A DNA stretch of 32,000 bases from Pseudoalteromonas tetraodonis. GTDB lineage: Bacteria; Pseudomonadota; Gammaproteobacteria; Enterobacterales; Alteromonadaceae. The translations under genes were made by a program, and so were the position numbers. The notes beneath the pieces are model-generated. The model was not told the origin of the DNA, searched no databases, and saw nothing but the letters and a program-made list of their open reading frames with translations. Below are positions 1 through 9,375 of the stretch, piece by piece. The stretch is taken from NCBI RefSeq assembly GCF_002310835.1, contig NZ_CP011041.1, positions 1,770,001-1,802,000 on the forward strand, in the 5' to 3' direction. Each line of letters begins with the position of its first letter. The stretch's first letter is position 1.

Positions 1-326
1 GATTCTTGCTCAACCACTTTCGCAAGTAACTTTGCAATATGGAGAGATTCTAGGTTTTGCTCGGTTTCAACATGAATCGCTTTATCAGCGCCAAGGGCAA
101 GTGCTGTGCGTAATTGCTCTTGTGATGCTTTAGCGCCAATAGTCACAACAACCACTTCGCTTGCAGTACCCGCTTCTTTTAAACGAATTGCTTCTTCTAC
201 CGCAATTTCACAAAATGGGTTCATTGCCATTTTTACGTTTGTTAAATCAACACCGCTATTATCAGGTTTAACGCGAGCTTTTACGTTGTAATCAATCACT
301 CTTTTTATTGGTACGAGAACTTTCAT
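1..326 (-). CDS. etfB: Electron transfer flavoprotein beta subunit, N-terminal ~108 codons only (3' end lies beyond window start)
   Basis: Not in the ORF track because it runs off the window. Reverse translation from ATG (326..324) gives [64 protein letters not shown]..., a typical ETF-beta N-terminus. GGAG Shine-Dalgarno lies 5 nt upstream. Divergent from the ETF-QO gene. Confidence 0.9.
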   Translation of the reverse strand, partial: MKVLVPIKRVIDYNVKARVKPDNSGVDLTNVKMAMNPFCEIAVEEAIRLKEAGTASEVVVVTIGAKASQEQLRTALALGADKAIHVETEQNLESLHIAKLLAKVVEQE

Positions 327-355
327 AGGGACTCCATAATTATTTAAACCTATAA

Positions 356-373
356 GCTAACGTATACGTCAAC
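356..373. promoter_or_regulatory. Imperfect 18-bp palindromic operator candidate GCTAACGTATACGTCAAC (core ACGT-AT-ACGT)
   Basis: The 10-bp core ACGTATACGT is a perfect palindrome, and 7 of 9 positions per half-site are symmetric. It shares the right half ACGTCAAC with the site at 405..422. It lies about 30 bp upstream of the etfB start. Confidence 0.5.
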
Positions 374-404
374 CTATTTATTTTATGAAATCAGACTACT
401 TCCT

Positions 405-422
405 GTTGACGTAAACGTCAAC
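405..422. promoter_or_regulatory. Palindromic operator candidate GTTGACGT-AA-ACGTCAAC
   Basis: Perfect 8-bp inverted arms around a 2-bp spacer. The left arm contains TTGACG, usable as a -35, with TAACCT 17 nt downstream as a weak -10 for the ETF-QO gene. Same TTnACGTnnACGTnAA pattern as the bkd-upstream palindrome at 16220..16245. Confidence 0.55.
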
Positions 423-545
423 CTAAAATAACCTTAAACTATTCACAACCTGTAACGTTTAATTTGCATCACAAAATAACAGGTTGCTTAGCTTACTTTT
501 TGCCTACAGGGCAAAAGTGAGTCCGTCATAGATAAAGAGGTTATT

Positions 546-2192
546 ATGATTGAACGCGAAACCATGGAATTTGATGTTGTTGTTGTAGGGGCAGGCCCTG
601 CTGGGCTTTCAACAGCAATTAAACTCGCGCAGCAAGCACAAGAAAAACAACAAGAGTACATGATTTGTGTGGTTGAAAAAGGCTCTGAAGTGGGCGCGCA
701 TGTATTATCGGGTGCTGTTTTTGAAACCAAAGCATTGGATGAGCTACTGCCAAACTGGCAAGAATTGGGCGCGCCTGTTACGACTAAAGTCCAAAGCGAT
801 GAAATTTATTGGTTTAATAACGAACAAAAAGCAACCTCTATTCCTCATTTTGCAACCCCAAACACATTTCATAATAACGGTAACTACATTGTTTCTATGG
901 GGAATGTATGTCGTTGGCTTGCTGAGCAAGCAGAAAACTTGGGCGTTGAAATATTTCCAGGCTTTAGTGCTCATTCACTTATTATTGAAGATGATGTTGT
1001 TAAAGGCATTATTACCGGTGATATGGGGCTGGATAAAAACGGCGACGAAAAAGACGGTTACATGCCGGGTATGGAGTTACGTGCTAAATACACGGTATTT
1101 GCTGAGGGCTGTCGCGGCCATTTAGGTAAGCAACTGATCAATCAGTTTGCTTTAGACGATGAATGCTCGCCACAGCATTACGGTTTAGGCTTTAAAGAAA
1201 TTTGGCAAGTGGATGAATCTAAACATCAGCTTGGTAAAGTAGTTCACGGAACCGGTTGGCCATTGAGTGGCGATACTGGCGGTGGTGCTTTTATGTATCA
1301 TAGCGAAAACAACCAAGTGTTGGTTGGTTTAATTGTTGATTTAAATTATTCAAATCCACATTTAAGCCCATTTGATGAGTTTCAGCGCTTAAAACACCAC
1401 CCGGTATTTAAAAACACCCTTGAAGGGGGTGAGCGTATTGCTTATGGTGCGCGCGCCATTGCCAAAGGCGGTCTACACTCTTTGCCTAAAATGCATTTCC
1501 CGGGTGGCTTGTTAGTGGGCTGTGATGCAGGCACGCTTAATTTTGCAAAAATTAAAGGTAATCATACGGCTATGAAGTCAGGCATGATAGCCGCTGAGGT
1601 CATTTTTAATGCGCTACAAAACGATTTAGCTAACACTGATTTAACCCAGTACACCGCTGAGTTTAAAAAGTCATGGGCGTATAAAGAGCTGTATCAATCT
1701 CGTAACTTTGGCCCTGCAATGCATTCATTAGGTAAATTTGCAGGCGGTGCATACAACACCCTTGATCAAAACATATTTAAGGGTGCCCTACCGTTTAGTT
1801 TTAAAGATAACGTACCCGATCACGCCACTTTAAAAGACGCTGATCAAGCTGAAAAGATTGCCTATCCGAAGCCTGATGGCAAACTCAGCTTTGATAAGCT
1901 TTCTTCGGTATTTTTATCAAACACTAATCATGAAGAATCGCAGCCGTGTCATTTAAAACTCAAAGATGCATCAATTCCGATTAAGGTAAATTTAGTTAAA
2001 TTTGATGAACCTGCACAGCGATACTGCCCTGCCGGCGTTTATGAAGTACAAGAAGTCGAAGGCGAGCGAGCCTTTGTGATCAATGCGCAAAACTGTGTGC
2101 ATTGTAAAACCTGTGATATTAAAGATCCAAGCCAAAATATCACCTGGGTCACTCCTGAAGGTGCTGGCGGTCCTAACTACCCCAATATGTAA
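546..2192 (+). CDS. Electron transfer flavoprotein-ubiquinone oxidoreductase (ETF-QO)
   Basis: 548-aa ORF. N-terminal FAD Rossmann motif DVVVVGAGPAGLS. C-terminal 4Fe-4S cysteine cluster CPAGVYE...NCVHCKTCDIKDP. AAAGAGG ribosome-binding site 6 nt upstream. Divergent from etfB. Confidence 0.93.
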   Translation: MIERETMEFDVVVVGAGPAGLSTAIKLAQQAQEKQQEYMICVVEKGSEVGAHVLSGAVFETKALDELLPNWQELGAPVTTKVQSDEIYWFNNEQKATSIPHFATPNTFHNNGNYIVSMGNVCRWLAEQAENLGVEIFPGFSAHSLIIEDDVVKGIITGDMGLDKNGDEKDGYMPGMELRAKYTVFAEGCRGHLGKQLINQFALDDECSPQHYGLGFKEIWQVDESKHQLGKVVHGTGWPLSGDTGGGAFMYHSENNQVLVGLIVDLNYSNPHLSPFDEFQRLKHHPVFKNTLEGGERIAYGARAIAKGGLHSLPKMHFPGGLLVGCDAGTLNFAKIKGNHTAMKSGMIAAEVIFNALQNDLANTDLTQYTAEFKKSWAYKELYQSRNFGPAMHSLGKFAGGAYNTLDQNIFKGALPFSFKDNVPDHATLKDADQAEKIAYPKPDGKLSFDKLSSVFLSNTNHEESQPCHLKLKDASIPIKVNLVKFDEPAQRYCPAGVYEVQEVEGERAFVINAQNCVHCKTCDIKDPSQNITWVTPEGAGGPNYPNM

Positions 2193-2231
2193 CAACCTTT
2201 CTAAAGAAATTATAAACTTATCCTAAATTGC

Positions 2232-2252
2232 AGGGGCTTCGGCCCCTTTTTT
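2232..2252 (+). terminator. Rho-independent terminator after ETF-QO
   Basis: AGGGGC-TTCG-GCCCCT hairpin with a UUCG-type tetraloop, followed by a T6 run. Confidence 0.8.
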
Positions 2253-2293
2253 GCGCTATGCTGTTAAGTAATATGAATAAATGAGAGTGTGTT

Positions 2294-2758
2294 ATGGCGT
2301 CGTCGAGTGTAATTTTTCGTTTTTTAGCAGAGCCTACCGATGTAAATTTTGGTGGTAAGGTGCATGGTGGTGTGGTCATGAAGTGGATTGACCAAGCAGG
2401 CTATGCCTGTGCTGCAGGTTGGAGCGGTCATTACTGCGTAACCGTATCGGTTGCAGGCGTTAAGTTTAGCCGTCCTATTTTGGTTGGCCAAATTGTTGAA
2501 GTGGAAGCCAAAATTGCACACACCGGCAAAACCAGTATGCAAATTTTCATTCAAGTACGCTGTGGCGACCCTAAAACCCAAAACTTAGTTGAAACTAATC
2601 ATTGTGTAATAAGTTTTGTTGCTATGGATGAGACGGGTTACCCTGTTGCCGTTCCTGAATTCACATCTGTTACTGACGAAGATAAAAAGCTAGAAAATTA
2701 CGCCATTAAAATGAAACAAATAGCGATAGAAACAGAAAACTTACTTTATCAAGTTTAA
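2294..2758 (+). CDS. Hotdog-fold acyl-CoA thioester hydrolase, YciA-like
   Basis: 154-aa ORF. N-terminal signature PTDVNFGGKVHGGVVMKWIDQAGYACA is typical of YciA-type thioesterases. Confidence 0.8.
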   Translation: MASSSVIFRFLAEPTDVNFGGKVHGGVVMKWIDQAGYACAAGWSGHYCVTVSVAGVKFSRPILVGQIVEVEAKIAHTGKTSMQIFIQVRCGDPKTQNLVETNHCVISFVAMDETGYPVAVPEFTSVTDEDKKLENYAIKMKQIAIETENLLYQV

Positions 2759-3007
2759 TTAAGTACCTTTTGCAGGTATGTATAAACTACAACAAGCTGT
2801 AAATTCTACAATTTTTATTTTTTACAAATTAACAGTACGCTTAACAGCTGGATGTTTTGCGTACTGAAACCACCAAAAAAGTTCAATAAATACACTTTAA
2901 GAGCAAATATTAAACAAAAAAAATATTGGCATGTTCACTGCAATTAGTAAATCGACGTTTGATGAATCTATCGAACATTAGATTTTATTTTTTAAAGGAG
3001 CTATACA

Positions 3008-3577
3008 ATGATTAAAACACTTTCTCTTTCTGCACTTGCTTTAGCAACACTGGGTTTTAATTCAGCAGCACAGGCTGATGTTACCGACATGGACTCTCCA
3101 CGTATTTATACGGGTATTGGTTACGGCCAATATTCATTTCAGTTTGAAGATAGCGAAAACGACACCGATTTCGATGACGACGCGCAAATGTTAAAAGGTT
3201 ATATCGGTACTCAATTTAATGAACATTTCAGCCTTGAACTTGCTTATCAAAATTTTGATGAAGTGAGTGACATAGACAGTAAAGCAGAAATTGATGGGGT
3301 ATCACTAGCAGCGCGTTTTGCAGCGCCAATCACTGAAGATTTTTCTGTTTATGCAAAAGGCGGTTGGTTTGAATGGGATGCTGATTTAACTCAAGAACTA
3401 CCAGTAGGCAGCGTTAGCGTATCACAAGACGGTGGTGACGTATTTTATGGTGCAGGTATTGAATATGCTTTCACAACCAATATGCAAGTGCGTTTAGAGT
3501 ATGAGCGTTACGAATTAGATGATGATATTGATCCAGAAATGGACGTTGCGTCAGTATCTTTCCAATATATGTTTTAA
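3008..3577 (+). CDS. Small outer-membrane beta-barrel protein (OmpA-like/OmpW-like barrel family)
   Basis: Signal peptide MIKTLSLSALALATLGFNSAAQA. Alternating hydrophobic beta-strand pattern. C-terminal ...VSFQYMF ends in Phe, the OMP assembly signature. AAAGGAG ribosome-binding site upstream. Confidence 0.75.
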   Translation: MIKTLSLSALALATLGFNSAAQADVTDMDSPRIYTGIGYGQYSFQFEDSENDTDFDDDAQMLKGYIGTQFNEHFSLELAYQNFDEVSDIDSKAEIDGVSLAARFAAPITEDFSVYAKGGWFEWDADLTQELPVGSVSVSQDGGDVFYGAGIEYAFTTNMQVRLEYERYELDDDIDPEMDVASVSFQYMF

Positions 3578-3601
3578 TAACAACTCAATAGTTGCAATGT
3601 A

Positions 3602-3634
3602 AGGGTAAGGCTAGGTTTAGCCTTGCCCTTTTTT
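3602..3634 (+). terminator. Rho-independent terminator after the OMP gene
   Basis: 12-bp stem AGGGTAAGGCTA / TAGCCTTGCCCT (one G-U pair), GGTT loop, then a T-run. Confidence 0.85.
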
Positions 3635-3749
3635 ATCCCACATTTAAACCAGTCAGTCTAAACTCTCTTTATGCTGATTATATTAAGCTAATGCCACCAA
3701 TGGTAATTACAGGTAGAATACCCCCCTATTTTATTTGTTAGCGAGCATT

Positions 3750-4454
3750 ATGAGCGATTATCAGATTTCGGCTATTGGCCATATTCAATCACCGTATAAA
3801 CAAAAGTTTGCCATTCCTAGACAACCTCGATTAGTGCCAGAAGCAAAAGCTAAACTTATTTTTGCTCCAGATTTTAATCGTGAAGAATTTGTTCGTGGTT
3901 TAGATGAATTTAGCCACATTTGGCTGTTATTTCGTTTTCATGAAACCGCGGATAAAGGCTATTCAGCAATGGTGCGCCCGCCGCGCCTTGGTGGCAATGA
4001 ACGTAAAGGCGTTTTTGCCACACGCGCTACATTCAGACCTAACGCTATAGGGATGAGTGCTGTTAAGTTAGAGGGAATTGAATACAAAAATGGGCAGTTA
4101 GCGTTATTGCTCGCCGGTATTGATTTACTTGATGGTACACCTATTGTTGATATTAAGCCTTATTTGCCCTATTCAGACGCTTTACCTGATGCAAGCGCTG
4201 GATTTGCCGATACGCGTCCAGAAACTCAAATGAGTGTTGAATTTAGTGAGCAAGCTTTGGAATTTATAAATAAACAAAGCCACTATCCTGAGCTACAAGC
4301 ATTTATCAGCAATGTGCTAAAACAAGATCCTCGCCCAGCGTATAAAAAGCAAAAACAAGGCATGCAAAGTTATGGTATGAATTTGTATGAATACAACATT
4401 ACCTGGCAAGTGACTGACTCTCATCATCTGGTTACTCATATAGAGCCCAGTTAA
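3750..4454 (+). CDS. trmO: tRNA (t6A37) N6-methyltransferase TrmO (YaeB/TsaA family)
   Basis: The ORF-track frame is 3735..4454. I prefer ATG at 3750 (MSDYQISAIGHIQSPYKQKFAIPRQPRLV...), which matches the E. coli YaeB N-terminus pattern (RSPYKxKFxxPRQP). Also GIDLLDGTPIVDIKPY. Adjacent to proS, as in E. coli. Confidence 0.85.
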   Translation: MSDYQISAIGHIQSPYKQKFAIPRQPRLVPEAKAKLIFAPDFNREEFVRGLDEFSHIWLLFRFHETADKGYSAMVRPPRLGGNERKGVFATRATFRPNAIGMSAVKLEGIEYKNGQLALLLAGIDLLDGTPIVDIKPYLPYSDALPDASAGFADTRPETQMSVEFSEQALEFINKQSHYPELQAFISNVLKQDPRPAYKKQKQGMQSYGMNLYEYNITWQVTDSHHLVTHIEPS

Positions 4455-4583
4455 ACTAACTTTAAAACCCTGCTATGGCTATAAAATGCGATAAAAAATC
4501 ACTTAGCGCTTTAGTGTCAATGCATCCGCTGGTAAACTGAGCGCCTTAATTAAAAGAACATATTACTCTATTTCGGAAAAAAC

Positions 4584-6308
4584 ATGCGTACTAGTCAATA
4601 TATACTCGCTACACTTAAAGAAACGCCATCAGATGCGGAAATTGTATCGCATCAATTAATGCTTAGAGCCGGAATGATCCGTCGCGTCGCTTCGGGTTTA
4701 TACACTTGGCTACCCTCTGGTTTACGTGTGCTTAGAAAAGTAGAAAACATTGTACGCGAAGAAATGGATAAAGCAGGCGCAATTGAAATGCTCATGCCAG
4801 TAATTCAACCGGCTGACTTATGGGAAGAATCGGGCCGCTGGAGTGAGTTTGGTCCTGAGCTTATGCGCTTTACTGATCGTCACAATCGTGAATTTGCTAT
4901 GGGTCCTACCCATGAAGAAGTGATCACCGATTTTGTCCGCAAAGAAATTAACAGCTACAAGCAACTGCCTATTACTTTGTACCAAGTACAAACTAAAGTA
5001 CGTGACGAACGTCGTCCGCGCTTTGGTGTTATGCGTGCTCGTGAATTTACTATGAAAGATGCCTACTCATTCCATTTAACCGATGAATGTTTAGATGCAA
5101 CTTATCAAGTTATGCACAAAGCCTACTGTAATATTTTTGAACGTTTAGGCCTTGATTTCCGCCCTGTTATTGCTGATACAGGCTCTATTGGCGGTAGTGT
5201 ATCGCATGAGTTTCACGTACTTGCTGAATCTGGCGAAGACGCTATTGCCTTTAGTGATGCTAGTGACTACGCCGCTAATATTGAAAAAGCAGAAGCGCTA
5301 GCGCCAACTGAATCGCGCCCTGAAGCAAGCAAAGAGCTAAAAGCATTCCCAACGCCTGATGCTAAAACAATTAATGAGCTGAAAAAACACTATGGTGTAA
5401 AACCACATCGCGGTGTTAAAACACTGATTGTTTATGGCGCCCCTGATGAAGACGGAAAACGTGGCTTAGTTGCACTAGTACTGCGTGGCGATCACGAGCT
5501 TAATGAACTTAAAGCTGAAAAACACCCACTGGTTGCTGCACCATTAGAAATGGCAACCGAGGCAGATATTGTGGCTGCCATTGGCGCAAAACCGGGTTCT
5601 TTAGGCCCTGTTGGCTTAAACATGCCCATTATTGTTGATAGAACCGCGAATGTAATGGCTGATTTTGTAGCTGGTGCCAACAAAGACGATGAGCACTTTA
5701 GTGGTATTAACTGGGATCGCGACGTAACAGACTACGAGGTTGCTGATATCCGTAATATTGTTGAGGGCGATCCTAGCCCGTGTGGTCAAGGCACGTTGCA
5801 AATTAAGCGCGGTATTGAAGTTGGTCATATTTTCCAACTAGGTACTAAGTACTCAGAAGCAATGAAAGCAGGTGTATTAAGCGAATCGGGTAAAAACCAA
5901 ACAATGACTATGGGTTGTTATGGTATTGGTGTATCGCGCGTAGTTGCCGCTGCCATTGAGCAAAATAATGACCAATACGGTATTACCTGGCCTAAAGCCA
6001 TCGCCCCTTTCGATTTAGCAATTGTGCCAATGAATATGCATAAATCGCATCGCATCCCTGATATTGCTAATAATCTATATCAAGGTTTGAAAGATGCAGG
6101 TTTAGATGTGCTATTTGATGACCGTAAAGAGCGCCCTGGTGTTATGTTTAACGACATGGAATTACTCGGTGTACCTTACACACTTGTAATTGGTGAGCGT
6201 AACCTTGATGAAAACAAGGTAGAACTTAAAAACCGCCGCACTGGTGAAAAGCTAATGATAGATATTGATAGCGCGATTGAAACAATCAAAAATCAATTTA
6301 ATGCATAA
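4584..6308 (+). CDS. proS: Prolyl-tRNA synthetase (bacterial type with editing insertion)
   Basis: 574 aa. The N-terminus [61 protein letters not shown] is nearly collinear with E. coli ProRS. Confidence 0.97.
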   Translation: MRTSQYILATLKETPSDAEIVSHQLMLRAGMIRRVASGLYTWLPSGLRVLRKVENIVREEMDKAGAIEMLMPVIQPADLWEESGRWSEFGPELMRFTDRHNREFAMGPTHEEVITDFVRKEINSYKQLPITLYQVQTKVRDERRPRFGVMRAREFTMKDAYSFHLTDECLDATYQVMHKAYCNIFERLGLDFRPVIADTGSIGGSVSHEFHVLAESGEDAIAFSDASDYAANIEKAEALAPTESRPEASKELKAFPTPDAKTINELKKHYGVKPHRGVKTLIVYGAPDEDGKRGLVALVLRGDHELNELKAEKHPLVAAPLEMATEADIVAAIGAKPGSLGPVGLNMPIIVDRTANVMADFVAGANKDDEHFSGINWDRDVTDYEVADIRNIVEGDPSPCGQGTLQIKRGIEVGHIFQLGTKYSEAMKAGVLSESGKNQTMTMGCYGIGVSRVVAAAIEQNNDQYGITWPKAIAPFDLAIVPMNMHKSHRIPDIANNLYQGLKDAGLDVLFDDRKERPGVMFNDMELLGVPYTLVIGERNLDENKVELKNRRTGEKLMIDIDSAIETIKNQFNA

Positions 6309-6322
6309 GCTTAAAATTAATT

Positions 6323-6361
6323 AAAAAACCGCTGTATAGTTTTTTCATACAGCGGTTTTTT
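6323..6361 (+). terminator. Rho-independent terminator after proS
   Basis: Stem CCGCTGTAT / ATACAGCGG, extended by flanking A-run and T-run pairing, then T6. Confidence 0.85.
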
Positions 6362-6431
6362 ATTAATTTCTGTAAGCCAAGCTCGATTTTTTAAGTACTC
6401 ATTTCAGCACTAAAACCTAGTAATAATTAAT

Positions 6432-6458
6432 AAAAAAGGTCGCTCTGCGACCTTTTTT
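6432..6458 (-). terminator. Rho-independent terminator after natB (symmetric, could act in both directions)
   Basis: GGTCGC-TCT-GCGACC hairpin flanked by A6 on the plus strand (U-tract on the minus-strand transcript) and T6. Confidence 0.8.
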
Positions 6459-6469
6459 ATACTTATGAA

Positions 6470-7681
6470 TTATCTAAACAACACATCTTCACGGTTAAAC
6501 CATTTCACACAAAATGCCAGTAGTGCCCCAGCGATGAGTGCTGTTGCTAGGAATATCAATCCCACCAGCGTGTAATCAACAGTGCCTTTAACAATTTCTT
6601 TAATCGCTAAGGCGACGTTAGTTACCGGAATAAACGCCGTTTTAGAAGTAAGTTCCATGTTAGGCATTATTGAAATAATAATCGGGAAAAACACGACCAT
6701 GCTTAATGGCGTCATGTAATTTTGCGCTTCTTTAAACGAGCGTGCATAGATTGATATTGCCAGAGCTAATGCAGAAAAGGTTGCTGCTATAGGCAATAAT
6801 AATACAAAAATCATTAGTAAGTCTGTGATAGCCAATGTACTAAAAGCGGCTTTGATAAATTCAAGATCAGCAAAAGCCAGCGCTAAGGCTATCCAACACC
6901 CCATACTAATAACGGTTATCGTAGTTGATGCAATTGACGTGGTGAGTAGAGTAATAAATTTACCCAATACTAGCTCAGTACGAGTAATAGGTGTAAGTAA
7001 TAAGGTTTCTAAGGTACCTCGTTCTTTTTCACCGGCCCCTAAATCAATAGCTGGATACGTTGCGCCTACCAGTACTAACGGAATAAGTAGATAAGGTAAA
7101 AACCCACCCACTTTTTCACCTAGGTTTTCGCGCTTATCGGCAGTGTCTACTTTAACTACATTAACTGGCTTTAAAATAGATTCTTGTGCGCTTTTATCTA
7201 TACCAAAGCTCAATAATTTACTTTCTTGTAAAGTATCGCTGTACTCTTTAGCAAGCTCTTTGACACGCTCAAATAAGAAGTTAATTGATTTTGAATCATT
7301 AAATACAACTTGCCATTCGCTTTGCTGTTGCTCATTTAATGTTTGCACTGCATCACTTGGTAGGTATATTCCCATGTCGATATCGCCAGCGTTTACACCA
7401 GCTTTTAGCTCCTCAATACTGTTGAAGGTTTTATCACCTTTATATAACTCAAAGCTTTTGTGATAAAACACTTTATCAGTAAATTCTGGTGCATATTCGC
7501 CATTGATAATCACATAGGTATTTACTTTTTGTTCAGCATCAAGCGCAGCTTGCGAGGATATAAACGCAACCACAGCAAATAACAACGGGAAAACCACAAT
7601 AGGAAATACCACCACGAACAATAAAGTTTTTTTATCGCGTAGTAGCTCGGTTAATTCCTTTTTAAATACTTCAAACATCAT
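6470..7681 (-). CDS. natB: ABC-2 type exporter permease, NatB-like (Na+ efflux family by similarity)
   Basis: 403 aa. N-terminal TM helix, a large extracytoplasmic loop, then 5 C-terminal TM segments, typical of NatB/ABC-2 permeases. The start overlaps the natA stop by 11 nt. GGAG Shine-Dalgarno upstream. Confidence 0.75.
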   Translation of the reverse strand: MMFEVFKKELTELLRDKKTLLFVVVFPIVVFPLLFAVVAFISSQAALDAEQKVNTYVIINGEYAPEFTDKVFYHKSFELYKGDKTFNSIEELKAGVNAGDIDMGIYLPSDAVQTLNEQQQSEWQVVFNDSKSINFLFERVKELAKEYSDTLQESKLLSFGIDKSAQESILKPVNVVKVDTADKRENLGEKVGGFLPYLLIPLVLVGATYPAIDLGAGEKERGTLETLLLTPITRTELVLGKFITLLTTSIASTTITVISMGCWIALALAFADLEFIKAAFSTLAITDLLMIFVLLLPIAATFSALALAISIYARSFKEAQNYMTPLSMVVFFPIIISIMPNMELTSKTAFIPVTNVALAIKEIVKGTVDYTLVGLIFLATALIAGALLAFCVKWFNREDVLFR

Positions 7682-8459
7682 ATTTCTCCGTTAATATGTT
7701 CATAAACGCTTGGTTTAATTCTTCACTGTTGCCTGCTTGTTTAAATTCAGCGAGCGTGCCATCAAAACAACTAACGCCTTCATTAATCACCGCAACGCGG
7801 TCACATAAAAGGGCTACTTCATCTAAATGATGCGTAGAAAAAATAACAGGAGTACCTTGTGCTTTTAAGCCTTTAATAAAGTTGATCACCGTTTGGGTGG
7901 TCATAATATCGAGGCCTGTAGTTGGCTCATCGAGAATAACAACGTCTGGGTAATGTACCACAGCACGCGCAATGTTGGCTTTTTGCTTCATGCCGGTTGA
8001 TAGGTTCTCAGCGCGTTTATCAATAAATTTATGCATATCAAGTAAGGTAAATAACTCTTCACAGCGTGCCTTAATAGCCGGCTTGCTCATGCCGTGCAGT
8101 TTTGCAAAGTACTCTATGTTTTCTTTTACCGTTAAACGACCATATAAACCAGTAGAGCCGGATAAAAAACCAATACACTTGCGCCCAATGAGTGGCTTTT
8201 TAATTATGTCGTTTCCTGCAATAGTAATACTGCCATCATCCGGTTTTAAAGCGGTAGAGATCATTCTTAATGTCGTGGTTTTGCCCGCACCATTAGGCCC
8301 TAACAGCCCTAATACTTCGCCTTTTGCACAGCTAAAGCTGACATTTTTAACCGAGTGAAAATAATCTTTATCTTCACGGGGGTCTATATCATCTATTTTA
8401 TTTTTTTTATGATCTTTAGTGAGCTTAAACTTCTTTTTAAGCGCGGTAACTTCTATCAT
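7671..8459 (-). CDS. natA: ABC transporter ATP-binding protein, NatA-like
   Basis: Walker A GPNGAGKTT, ABC signature LSTGMKQK, Walker B VVILDEPTTGLD, H-loop STHH. Confidence 0.85.
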   Translation of the reverse strand: MIEVTALKKKFKLTKDHKKNKIDDIDPREDKDYFHSVKNVSFSCAKGEVLGLLGPNGAGKTTTLRMISTALKPDDGSITIAGNDIIKKPLIGRKCIGFLSGSTGLYGRLTVKENIEYFAKLHGMSKPAIKARCEELFTLLDMHKFIDKRAENLSTGMKQKANIARAVVHYPDVVILDEPTTGLDIMTTQTVINFIKGLKAQGTPVIFSTHHLDEVALLCDRVAVINEGVSCFDGTLAEFKQAGNSEELNQAFMNILTEKYDV

Positions 8460-9268
8460 TTTCGTGTCCTTCGTTTCGGTCTAAAATAGTCCGTGTTATC
8501 GTAAAATGATGGATTGTTATTCTCATCACACCAACCAGGAACACCTAATAAAGGTAAAGGTGAAAGCTGTTTGTTATCGGCTAAACAATCATCAGTTTTA
8601 ATCATCTCATAAAGGCGCTGATCTAGGTACTGGTATTGAGTTACTAAATCTTTACAAAATATTTCATTCGGTACATTTACAAATAAGGCTTTGCCAGTCA
8701 GTCCAATATAAGGTTTGGTTAACATTTCATAATTGGCATGGCCAAACATGAAAGGTGCAATGGTTTTACCCCACTGCTCTCTATGTTCGATGAAGGCTGT
8801 TTTCCATTGATGATCTCTTAACCACTCTTTCCACTGTGATTCGCTAATAGCTAAAACCACACCGCATTCGTCAAACAAGGTCAGTGCGTTACGGTGTTTA
8901 CTTCGTTGTTTTAACCCATGCAACGCTATTTCATCAACATGACGCTGATTAATAAGGGCTTTTGTTTTTGGAAATAAGCACCAAATAAAACCACCAAACA
9001 GATCATGCCAGTTTTGTTGTCGGGTGGGCACGTCCCCTGTTTCAAAAATGACTTGTTCATAATAGCGCTCAGCAAAATCAACCTTGGCATCATCGACAAA
9101 ACGAATTGGCAGATTATTAGCATTGATGGCGTTTAAATACGGGGTAAAGTACGCAGGCTCAGGCCAGTCTGTTTGCTGATCTATTTTAAACAGCTGACGA
9201 AGGTGCTCAAATGCACCTCCATTTATACTCGTTACTTGAAATTGTTCTGGGGGAGTAAAACGCTTCAT
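8456..9268 (-). CDS. Conserved protein of unknown function. It resembles the DUF3025 family as I remember it (unverified)
   Basis: 270-aa soluble ORF. Motifs WHDLFGGFIWCLFPKTKALIN, ALTLFDECG, FGHANYEML, PLLGVPGW...FYDNTDYFRP. Its stop overlaps the natA start (ATGA), which implies translational coupling. Confidence 0.55.
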   Translation of the reverse strand: MKRFTPPEQFQVTSINGGAFEHLRQLFKIDQQTDWPEPAYFTPYLNAINANNLPIRFVDDAKVDFAERYYEQVIFETGDVPTRQQNWHDLFGGFIWCLFPKTKALINQRHVDEIALHGLKQRSKHRNALTLFDECGVVLAISESQWKEWLRDHQWKTAFIEHREQWGKTIAPFMFGHANYEMLTKPYIGLTGKALFVNVPNEIFCKDLVTQYQYLDQRLYEMIKTDDCLADNKQLSPLPLLGVPGWCDENNNPSFYDNTDYFRPKRRTRK

Positions 9269-9375
9269 TGTTACCTTTACTGTACATTTTTATCAGCAAC
9301 AGTTTACCGCAAAAACTGGTTCTAATTAACAGAAGTTCATATACTAACGCCACTTAGAACAAAAAAAGAGCCAAT

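Noticed and set aside
667-1125. Alternative-frame and antisense ORFs within ETF-QO, proS, natAB, bkd, pgm and others (for example 667..1125, 744..974, 5492..5837, 6825..7463, 7972..8358, 12569..13648, 17901..18853)
   Set aside because: Each lies fully inside a gene with a clear homology-supported product. Their products have odd composition and they lack plausible translation signals.
8401-8408. A8/T8 homopolymer within the 5' part of natA (and a similar run in seqA near 19492..19499) as a possible slipped-strand phase-variation tract
   Set aside because: The runs encode Lys/Asn stretches, which are normal for an AT-rich genome. The length is below typical phase-variable tracts, and the genes are not surface or restriction genes.
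9269-9375. CTGT...ACAG-like sequence (CTGTACATTTTTATCAGCAACAG) and a 7-bp inverted repeat GTTCTAA/TTAGAAC in the spacer between the DUF3025-like gene and the M28 peptidase gene, considered as a LexA box or operator
   Set aside because: The spacing between CTGT and ACAG is 15 nt rather than the 8 nt of a LexA box. The 7-bp inverted repeat with a 28-nt spacer is too weak to call.
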